Shown one piece after another: positions 53,902-64,000 of a stretch of DNA of 64,000 bases (position 1 is its first letter; each line of letters starts with the position of its first letter). The notes beneath the pieces were generated by a model, which saw nothing but the letters and a program-made list of their open reading frames with translations, did not search any database and had not been told where the DNA came from. The translations under genes and the position numbers were made by a program. Origin of the DNA: Balanoglossus misakiensis (Eukaryota; Animalia; Hemichordata). The DNA lies in NCBI GenBank assembly GCA_040954595.2, contig CM082592.2:9783677-9847676 (forward strand), written 5' to 3'.

Positions 53902-56235
53902 TTACTTGTTGTCATCTGTATTAAGCTGTTTAAGTTCTTTTCGAAGTGCTTTCTGACTACGATTCTTCATTCCCTCAGTATATTTAAGGCCCTCAACTAA
54001 TTTCCTAGCTGCAGAATGGCCTCTGATATTGATCCACATTTTACTACACATTAACATCAGCTTCAATGACTGACCCTCATCAAGGCCTACAGATAATTGT
54101 GACCAGTGCTGCACTGCAGCTGCATCACCTGTAACATCCTTGCTTACTAAATCGTGAATGTTTAAATCACCACTGGTAAAAAGGGCCTTGTTGTGTTTCC
54201 TTACAAAATACTCTACCCTCCTAAAAAACATATAAGTTGTGTCATTCACAGTGTACAGACCGCCCCGGTTCTCTTTGTTGACCCATTCTGTTGTGTAAGA
54301 CAAAAATGTTGATACAGGCTGAATTGTACTCATACCCTCCAAACACTTTACCATGCTTCTAAACCCTGATCCACGTTTCTGAAGTTGAGATATGAGAGCC
54401 ATAGGGATGTAACCACAGGCATACCTCAGAATGTTTTCTTCAACACGACTCATATCCCCGCTGAAGCTCTCATCAATTGTGGTGACCTTTTCCCTTTCTA
54501 AAACTAAACCTTCAAAAATGTGCCTGGCTAAAATCATGAGAACAGGTCCTGATACTGTCAACCCAACTTTTGAACAAAGCTTGTGTAGACATTTCCGTAA
54601 TTCTGGATCCAGGCGCAAAGAGTGGAATATGCGAAACATCTCTTCTCGGCGCCGCGAAGGAAGGAACTGTCTGTCTCCTCCAGTAACAGCAGGCCACAGC
54701 ACTTGTATCACTGCATCCAGTTCACTTTTTACACTTACTGGATCACTTGACAATGTATCACACAGTTTCTTTGCAACAACTTTAACTTTGGAAACACCAG
54801 GTAATCTAGGACTGTTGAAAATGCTGTCAACGGTGAGTGGTTTGATTGAGGCTAGAAGGATCCGTTGGGCTTCCTGCGTTGCATCATCCATTGTCATTTG
54901 TAGTTTCCTGGTGGGTCTGTTCTCTGTGGGGAAAAATATTGTTATAGTTGATTGGTCAGTGACACTGGTGCCCGACAACAAAAATGAAAAGAAAGTTTTA
55001 TCTTACATATTCAGAATAACGCCACAGTAACTGTAAATTGCCACCACTGTTTTGCCAATATTTATGATGGAAAGCAAAACAGTGAAATTTCCCCCAAAGT
55101 GGCAGCATAGACAGCTATGAAACTGTGAGTGTCCCTTTTAAGTATGGGAGTACTGTTTCTCTACTGTCTTTGTCTCACATTAGAAATGAAATCATATTTT
55201 GAAAGATAAATAATCACAGTTACTAAATATGTGTTCTTAGCTTACCTTTGTTGTTAATCTTCTTGGAAACCCCAGCTCCTTTCAAAACGTTTTTCTTTGG
55301 ATCACAGTCTGTTCTTTTCACCATGTCTGGTCCTGGAAAGGAAAAATGATCAATAATGAGTTGTGAGCACGACAGGGATAGAATAATAATAAAATGTTGA
55401 TAATGGAGGGAAAATACAGAGAAATGTTTCTGGCATCAACAGTAATAATCAATGGCTGCCTAGTGTCTATGGTATTTTGAAATATGTCTGAAGTGTTTTA
55501 CTCATAACACTTTTATTTCATTTTAACATAATATAGCATATCTTTCTTTACTTGTATTTCCAGTTTTTCATTTTAGTTAGTTGTTAGAAAACTTGTGGCA
55601 CAGTTGTATGTCTGATCCTGATCAGCTTAGACAATGTAAACTACCAAGGGAAATTGCTACCATTAACTTGAAGGGGACCCATTAGTCTGCTTTGCCCATA
55701 TTCATAACAATCTGTTTATCTGTGCAGCCCATATGTTGCTCATTTTTTTCGCATGACATTTTTGGCCTTGAAAAACATTCTTCATTCATATCCATGCTTG
55801 GCGACGATCATTATGATTATGGGATGTCTTTAAAAATCATAGACAGTAAAAATGTACAGGTACCAGGCGGTGTAGTTTCAGCTTGTGACCAACGCCTTGC
55901 TCCACATTTCGATCAACAAAATAGCAGTAAAACTTACCGACTAGCCCATGGCCATTTATCAAATGCTGCTTGCAACTCTGCTTTCTGTTGAAAGTTTTGT
56001 CACAAACGTCACATTTGATAGTTTTTGTATCACCACCGACGCAAACGATGTATCGATCAAGATAGCTCAAGTCTCGACGTTTAGGAGCTTGCTGCATGCC
56101 TTCTTGTAACTCGTCGTCGGTAAGTGGCGATGTATCATCGTCGTCGCTAGTCTCGCTCCCTGAATAATCGAAATCGCTGTATTCGGAATCAGTAAAAACG
56201 GCAACAAATTCGCTATCGGTTTGGACGGAAGCCAT
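53902..56235 (-). CDS. Transposon second gene: acidic N-terminus + C2H2 zinc finger + P-transposase-CTD-like domain (3 exons, ~468 aa)
   Basis: Exons 56235-55938, 55332-55246 and 54923-53902 (phase-1 GT-AG introns, 1407 nt, open frame). Motifs CDVCDKTFNRKQSCKQHLINGH and EENILRYACGYIP...EWVNKENRGGLYTV. Confidence 0.85.
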
Positions 56236-56469
56236 TGTGTATGTGCTGCGAGCCGCTTGTAAACAACTTATGACCTGTGACCCGAATCTCGCCAAATAAC
56301 GTCTCGCGTAGCACGAAATATTACGCTTTTTCTCGTGGTAACTCTCGCGTTTTGCGATATTATGCGAGGTTTTATCGCCAGACGGCGATAAAGAGGTGAT
56401 GATGAGTTTGTCTATTGTTTGGTGGATTAAAAGGGATTACAACAGACGTTACTACAAAAGAAATGCACT

Positions 56470-56502
56470 AGTAGCACGTCCGTCTTTTCTCCACTGTCTA
56501 TG
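56470..56502 (-). repeat. Right terminal inverted repeat (33 bp)
   Basis: AGTAGCACGTCCGTCTTTTCTCCACTGTCTATG followed by the TSD GTGAAAC. Confidence 0.96.
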
Positions 56503-57058
56503 GTGAAACCGAGCGTCGGTTCCCGGATGATACTTGTACTTTGTATAGGTGGGGTTCAGTCATGTTGTTATCTGGTGACTTCGACATTGGGACTCGGAGC
56601 GCCTGGTGAAAATAATGATATTGCTATCGGCGGACGTGAGTTTCCTCATTGACATCATTCAAGCCACCGTATGTTTGCATTGATGCGCCGATAATCAGTA
56701 AATCCGGGTAGATAGCGCGACTGACAAAACAAATCAAAGTACATGTATACGTATGGCCTATGTATGCAAATATCAGTCATACTCATGTAAATAAAATAAC
56801 TAATATTATGTCAAGTGACAAGCTCCTGTCTTTGTGGTGTGTTTCTAGTACCTCCATGGTTTCGCAGGGTGTTTTACTTTGGAAAATATATGTTTTCTAC
56901 TTTCTTCAAGTTTCAGCCCGATAGAAGACCTACATGGCAGGCTTCTCTTTTATATTTCGACATGCTTTACCACTGTAATCGTGGCCTTTTGGACAGCCGT
57001 AAGCTAGCATCATATCTAGCCCTAGATATTGATTGAAAGAACAAATAATAGACCAAGA

Positions 57059-57210
57059 ATCGCAGTTGGCGTTGTGTGAATCACGCTACTGGATTTGTGC
57101 GGTTCGCGACGTGCGCCACCAAGTGCGTCAGTACATCGCAGTTGGCGTTGTGTGAATCACGCTACTGGATTTGTGCGGTTCGCGACGTGCGCCACCAAGT
57201 GCGTCAGTAC
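57059..57210 (+). repeat. Perfect 76-bp tandem duplication
   Basis: ATCGCAGTTGGCGTTG...GTGCGTCAGTAC at 57059-57134 and 57135-57210. Confidence 0.93.
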
Positions 57211-58868
57211 ACGCAGTTCGAGAGTGGTGCATTGTGGGATCGAAACATCAGGTGATACGCAGAGTCACATGATTACTCATCAAGATGGCAATAGAATGAT
57301 CTGAAATGCACAACAAAATTCCTCAGCAGCTGCCGTAGTGTGATTTTATGTTTAATTAAGGTGAGTTTCAACGAATTTGACGTTTTTTTGCAATCAGTGA
57401 CACTGTGTCTTCTGGCAGTGCCAAGTTATGTTTCAGATGGGTTCCTACAAGCAACAATTGACGCCCATATCCATGTAGACAGTCAACCGGCAGCCGGTTT
57501 GACTACATGTAGTTCGACGATCTATGTGGACTTGTGTGGCAGCGGTTCTCGCTTGATTGATTGTACGCAATCAGATTAATGCCCCAGTTGTTCAATGTCG
57601 ACAACCCTTCCCCATTCTGTAATTCAAACACTGAATGAACCTGCTGCAGTTTGTAAGTCTTTCGTTTCGCCACCGTTGCCATCCACATTATGCGGGCGTA
57701 AACGATTTTATTGTGCGATCAATCACTTCAGTCTTTCACTTCAAAACATGTCCAAATTTCTTGGAATACTTGTAATAAATGCTCGTATAGCTGTTATCAA
57801 TTCGTATAGACTATAGTGTTGTCCGTAATGTTATGAATTTTTGAATGCCACAGACTACATGCAGATATTTGTCTGCAAAGTACATACACGAATGGCTGGC
57901 AACAGCCGGCTACCGCCCACAACTACTGCCCACATATATCCATGTACTGTGGACCAGTCTAGTCCACATAAAATCAGATGACGTTGACAGTCAAATTATT
58001 GCACAGCTCGGCTTTAGAATATTTCTACTGTCAGCATATGTATTTTTCTTGTAGATTTGAATATACAACAAATATTACAATTGTGAGGACTATTGAGATT
58101 TTGTGTAATTGTAGAATTTGGCCTTGCTTGTCAACCCAATATTCAAGGTTTTTGTTTTACATTGAAGGAAAGGTCCTTTGAATTATCATACCTTCACATG
58201 ACCTTGTTTCGGAGCAAGACCCCTGCATTGCATCCATGAACTTTGACCAGTGTCAGTGATGATGAAAATTTTGAGCCCAGTCCGATAAAGTTTTGACTAA
58301 AGTGTTATGTACCCTTTCCAAGTGATTGTCTCGTAAAAATGAGGAAATCCAGCAAAGCAGGAAGTAAAAGCAGGTGCTTTGTGTTTTTCATTCGAGACAA
58401 CGAAACTGAAACTATTCAGTCTTTGAATACCTGATTATGACTACAGTCGGAGAGTGTGGAAATCCCCAAAATGGAAACAGAAGCAGGAATTCCCCAATAT
58501 CTGTGAAACACATAGTTACCATATGAACAACGTTGCACTGACTTCAAAATTATGCAGGCTATTTCTGTCATGGTAAAGATAATTGCACACAAAATTTATT
58601 TGTTAATACAGCTGTTTCAGTGTGTATTTGCATAGAGGGGATTAGTGTTGCGGAGGTATAAATTTACATGCATGATGTCAGAATCGTGATGTATGATATT
58701 CCCTGGCATAAAATACTGGACAAAAAAGGATTTATGAAATAGTCCTCGCTGCACATTACATGTAATAAATGTGAAGTTCATTTTCACTTTATACTCATCC
58801 TCATAGCTGTAATGTGACCATTCTTTTCTGCGTTCCCCAGAAGTAATGATTTTCAATAAAAACACAAG

Positions 58869-60999
58869 ATGACAACCAACAAGAAGAAGAAGGGTTTCCA
58901 CGTCAACGAGTCAGAGCTCCTGTGCAAGAATGGCTGTGGTTTCTACGGCAACCAAGCCTGGCAAGGATTCTGCTCCAAGTGCTACAGGGATGTGTATCAG
59001 AAGGCGCGAGAGGCGCAGATAGAAAGCGATGCTCTCAAGGAAACAAGGTAAACTGGAAATTTTGAAATAAAAGTAGATTAGACATGCAGCAGAAGCATTG
59101 TCTGCATTGGCCATATGTGAAAAAAAGAACAAAATCTGAATAGATCATGATTCATGAAGCAGATGGGAGCTTTTTCCTGCGTTGTAATCTCAATATATAA
59201 TTCAGAAGCCTAGTTCATCTCCAGTCTGACTTAGACACCAGTGTCTCGACTCTTTCCAGACTTGCCGCAAGGCAACCAGTGCCAGGTGCCACCAACGGAG
59301 AATCCAACCTGGCATTCAACAAGTTTGAAGAGAAGAGGAAACAGCACCAGGCGCCCAAGACAAAAACCGTCAAGACGTTCTTCAAGAAAGGTGCCCAAGT
59401 GCCAAACAAAGATTCCGCTCACCCATGGACCGGGCAGAGACAGCCCAGCATGGAGAGCCAGCAGGCTGCCACCGACTTCACAGAGTTCCTCAAGGCTTTA
59501 AAGAAACCGGCAGCTCAGGACATTTCCAGGCAGTGCCGTGCCGTCATCGAAAAACTCCAGGAGCAGGAGGATCTGCCGATTGAAGACCAGTCAGAAATCA
59601 TCCAGGATTTTTATCTGAACATGAATGAGAGACTGCAGGCACATTCCTCGTTTAAAGGTACAGTGTAAATTTACCGGAAGTATTTTTTATGTTCACACTA
59701 AAATGAATCATTTTGCATGACTACATAGTGAGATCTTTTCTAAAATATGAATACCGGTAACATCGTCTTGTTTACTGAACCACAAATGTTTTGTTTCTTG
59801 TCAGGTTCCACTCCAGAGCAACACGAGAAAATGATGGACAACATGGAGAAGTTCATCATGACTCGTCTTTACAAGACTGTATATTGTCCACCATTCTGCG
59901 ACGACGAACAGAAGGACTTAGCCATTCAGAACAGAATACGTAGACTGCACTGGATATCAACCGAGATGATTGATGCTGATATCGATGATAAAAAGGCTGA
60001 AGTGATAGAGTACATAGAAAAAGCACAGACAGGTATGGAGAAAATGTCTTAGAGGTGAAATTTATCTTAATGTTTCCAAGGAGACTTTAGTTGATTTTTA
60101 GAACTATCCGCAAGACAAACTACCAACTAATGAAGGTTTAGTCACCAAAGGAATATACAATATAACCAAAACTCTTTTTTTTCACAGATATTATAGAAAT
60201 GAACTCGCGGCGTTCTCCAGCCGACAAGCTGAGCTGCATTGTCCGCTGCAGTAAGAACATCTTCACTGTGCTTCGGATATCCAAGGGACAACCAGCAAGT
60301 GCCGACGAGTTCCTGCCGGTGTTGATCTACATCATCCTGAAGGCCAATCCGCCTCAGCTACACTCTAACATCCAATACATCACCCGCTTCAGTCATCCCA
60401 GCAAGTTGATGCAAGGCGAGGCTGGCTACTACTTCACAAATCTGGTAGGTGGCACAATGTTTGGGACATTGTGGTCTGGTGGTGATAGTTTGGTGGACTG
60501 TCTGATTATAAGAGTGATCGATATGATCTAGAATGGTGCTGTAGCGTTTTGTGGCATATAATCAGTTATAAATGATACTTATTTCATCTTTTTGCTTGAT
60601 CTTCTGCAGTGCTGCGCGGTCACTTTCATCGAGAATCTCGATGCCCAGTCTCTGTCCCTGACCCAAGAAGAGTATGACCGCTACATGTCCGGAGAGGTCA
60701 CACCCCAAGGCACCGAGTACGGCGAACCCATATGCGAAGGACTCAGACTGATGTACGCCAACTTAGCCACGTTAGACGAACTTCGCTTGCGCCAAGACAG
60801 GCTTCGGGAAAACGCCCTGAGTCTTCAGAGAGAAATTCAAGACTTCAGAGACAGTGTGGTCAAGGCAGTGCAGGATGTTCTGACAAACAAACCACTTATT
60901 ATCAACAAGCCAAAGCAACCGGCAAATATAGACCAGGATAGTGGCAATGAAACAAACTTACTTCCACCTCCTCTTCAGCCAGAGGTTGTTGCCAAATGA
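58869..60999 (+). CDS. RABGEF1: Rab5 GDP/GTP exchange factor Rabex-5 (5 coding exons)
   Basis: A20 zinc finger [31 protein letters not shown], helical bundle, VPS9 domain PADKLSCIV...[12 protein letters not shown]...[14 protein letters not shown], coiled coil, and C-terminal [10 protein letters not shown]. Confidence 0.97.
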
Positions 61000-63900
61000 G
61001 ATCTTTCCTGATCGAAACTCCTTGATTAGTAGTATATGCAAATTTTACCTGTGTTATCAAAACACAACTCTGATTAAATAAGGCACAAAGCTTTCAAATA
61101 TTTTTCCACCTGCATTGCACTTTACTTGGTAAATTCTCATTATCGTGATGGCAAAAGGTGTGGCTGGTTTTCCCTAATGAGGAAAATTCCCAGGCATTTG
61201 ATTTTTTCGAGGCTCAGCTGTCTTTTCGAAGTATTTATATTGCCTGACTTTTCGCAAAGTATGGACATTCACAGTGCATTCTTTATGGCTTTTCAGACTC
61301 GGAATTAAAATTTCTATCTTTGGCGTAGAGCACTATTGTAGTGATTCACTTCACAAAGGGCTGATATATTATCACTTTTAGGCTGGTATCATTTACTATT
61401 TAATTCAAGCTTGCATTGAAAGGACTATAGACTGTCACCATGGTCATCATTCAGACTATATTCAGTTAGCGAGAGCGAGCAGTATTGCCATGTTAAATTT
61501 CAAACAGGTTATTTTTTGAAATATTTATTTCTTTAACTTTGAAGTGTGTTTAGCAATTTGACGCTCTGATGTGCTTTCGTGCCCAAGAACGGGCTTGTGC
61601 ATATATTTATTGAAATGTGCTAAACTGAAAACAATGAGATCGAGATATGAAAAACATGGTTGCACAGATGAGATAAGTGTACCATTATGATGGAACATTT
61701 TTCGTATTTCTTCTGCCTATTTGCTGTCAGCGTATTGGGAATTTTTTGTGGAAAACATTTTTTTCAAAAAAAGATTTCGATTGGACTGTAGTCTTCAAGA
61801 AAAATTTAGGTTATAAAGTCACACGAGATATTAAGTATTCAAATATATTGGTCAGTTATTTCATGCATGTCATCACATTACAATTGCACAATTTTTTTAA
61901 ATCACTATAAATGCTTAAAATAAACACATGGTCAGCAAATTTACAATTCACCATAGCATGTGTGGCACAAGAATACTTGAAAAAATCTGATGCATTAGTG
62001 CTTTGTGCAAGCATACGAACAGTGAAATAGTCCAGTGTTATGTTACTCTTACCGGTATCAGGTGTAATATTAGGTCATACTTTAAATGAATACATTCAAA
62101 ACTCAGGGATTATGGGTCAAATACAAGGACTAGCTGTCACATCGGTAATTGTCACAATCTTTGCTGATAAATAATGCCATGCTTTTTGAAGGACACGTAC
62201 ACCGCTATGAAATCTGGCTCCTTGAGGCATCAATGATTGGCAGTACACTGTGGGCATTTGCCGAGCTCATTGGCGAACAACTTATTGGCGTGTGGCCTGT
62301 ATCAGTCCTGAGGTTGAACATTCTGCCTGTATTGATATGAACTTGGATGTATTATCAATCCCTCAATTGCAAGTAATTTTACGCATTATAGTTTTCCGTC
62401 TCAGTTTCCCCCCTGTGTAGTTTTTGTTATGCACATTCTATTGTAAAAAAATCACAAGCTATCTATTTTTTAAAAGAAAACAGAATTCGTTTTCAGAAGC
62501 ATTCTTGTAAATACAGCTGCCTGTGTATGTGTTACTTTGTTGCATTTACATTATTTGAAATTGGTGCATATTCGAAATGTTAAGTTAATTTTGGGAAATA
62601 TGTGCAAAATTACGTGTACAACAATTTATCTTAACTCTTGCACAATTAAGAAATACTATGTCTTACAATGTATTTAGAAATCTCACTTAAATAAACTATC
62701 TTGTTATATACAGTGCACGAGTGTCGTGGTACGTTATTAGGATAGCGCACTCAACTTAATACTAATTTTAAAAACTATTGATACAAAACACCTGTTGAAG
62801 TGATCCTTTCAAACGAAAGAAGCTATAAAGTGTCACGTGGTGGCGTCATTTTTCAGTAACCTGTACGGCAAGTTTTAATAACGTACACACAGGGGAAATA
62901 ACTTTATTAATACCACTTTAAAATGAATACTGTACGTTGTCTATATCTCCCCTTTGACCTTAAAAAAATGGCAACTCCCTTAAGATCCCGGATATGAGAA
63001 AATCCCTATCAGTTACCATAGTTACCTTGCATTGATCACACCCAAGGTGACCCGTGAAGCAATGAAATCAAAGAAACTGCGCAAGATTACGTCGGCGATT
63101 AATTTAGAAATCGTTCAGAACCTTTATAGCAGATCCCGGGGGTATATCACTATCTTCGACGAAAATCTCCTGAATCCGTACAAGCATTTGATTTATCTTT
63201 ACGGGTCAAGCAGGTCGTCGCTTTTATCCATGGTTCATTTGCGAAGGGACAGTGAATTATCAAAACTTGACGCAAAGGGCATTTAACACAGACAAGGTGA
63301 CACTTGTCGATGGACAACTACGCGAAGAATAGACCGCGTTTCAGCCCATTCGTCGCGTGATTGTGGATTTTTCCTAGTCTAGACAGAACATCGTTTGAAA
63401 CACGATCGCATTGAAATATTGGCGCTTTTTTGCTGCCTACAGTACAAGCAAATGTCAACAAAACAAGTCACCGAGTGGCGTCGTTTCTTTGCAGTAATTA
63501 CATGTAATTCCTCGGTAAGAAGGAACGTGTCCTCGGGTGAAGTTCCGGTTGGACTACCTTCTCTTTGTGTTCTCTTGCATCCATGTATTCCGGGCAGATA
63601 TAATTACAAAATCACCCGTCTTCCACGATGGAAACCCCGGGCAAATATCATAAATGATTAAGTTACTCCTGTCATTAAAATCTCCTACTGTGTACTTTTA
63701 AGGTCGCGTGGTAGGTTTGTGACAACATGTTTATATTATAATCTCATATTGCTCAGCCAAGCTCAACATTGCCACTTTGCGTGCTATATGCCTACCTGCC
63801 TGATTTACATAGCTTTCTATAAATGCTATCTGCCTGGAAGAACAACTTTGGATAAGAATAAGCCCTTTACAATAAAAAAATATGACCATAGATAATTATT

Positions 63901-64000
63901 TTTGGATATTACTGTTATTTCCACAAACTTGATACCCGGAGGAGGTATCTATGTCAATGATGAATTAAAAAGGGAATCTTCCGCAAAAGTCTAATCAATT

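Larger units (their letters stand above)
47187..56502 (+). mobile_element. P-superfamily DNA transposon, 9316 bp, two genes
   Basis: Perfect 33-bp TIR CATAGACAGTGGAGAAAAGACGGACGTGCTACT at 47187-47219 and inverted at 56470-56502. 7-bp TSD GTGAAAC at 47180-47186 and 56503-56509. Encodes a P-type transposase. Confidence 0.96.

Noticed and set aside
61000-64000. Short ORFs downstream of RABGEF1
   Set aside because: No recognisable motifs or consistent exon structure; likely 3' UTR or intergenic.

Overview
This window is eukaryotic, from a compact metazoan genome that is probably a marine invertebrate. Positions 1-~13.83 kb are a homogeneous 87-bp AT-rich satellite array. It ends in degenerate monomers, a short CA run, a palindrome and an A-tract, which resembles a Helentron/HINE end. 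A gene-dense block with short introns follows: a divergent fructosamine/ketosamine-3-kinase, AP-1/2 beta-adaptin, PEX12, a BTB-BACK protein, RPLP2 (hosting a C/D snoRNA and possibly an H/ACA RNA), MED21, an uncharacterised 4-exon gene, ZCCHC8 (two U12-type introns), a multi-pass membrane protein, CRYZ and RABGEF1. The most notable feature is an apparently intact 9.3-kb P-superfamily DNA transposon (47187-56502) with 33-bp perfect TIRs and a 7-bp TSD (GTGAAAC). It carries two convergent spliced genes. One is a transposase with no THAP domain that stops soon after the catalytic Glu. The other encodes a C2H2 finger plus a domain resembling the missing P/THAP9 C-terminal domain, suggesting a split, two-component transposase. 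The element's introns also contain TIR remnants flanked by 7-bp duplications, consistent with excision footprints. All exon coordinates were read by eye, and family assignments come from motif recall, not database searches.
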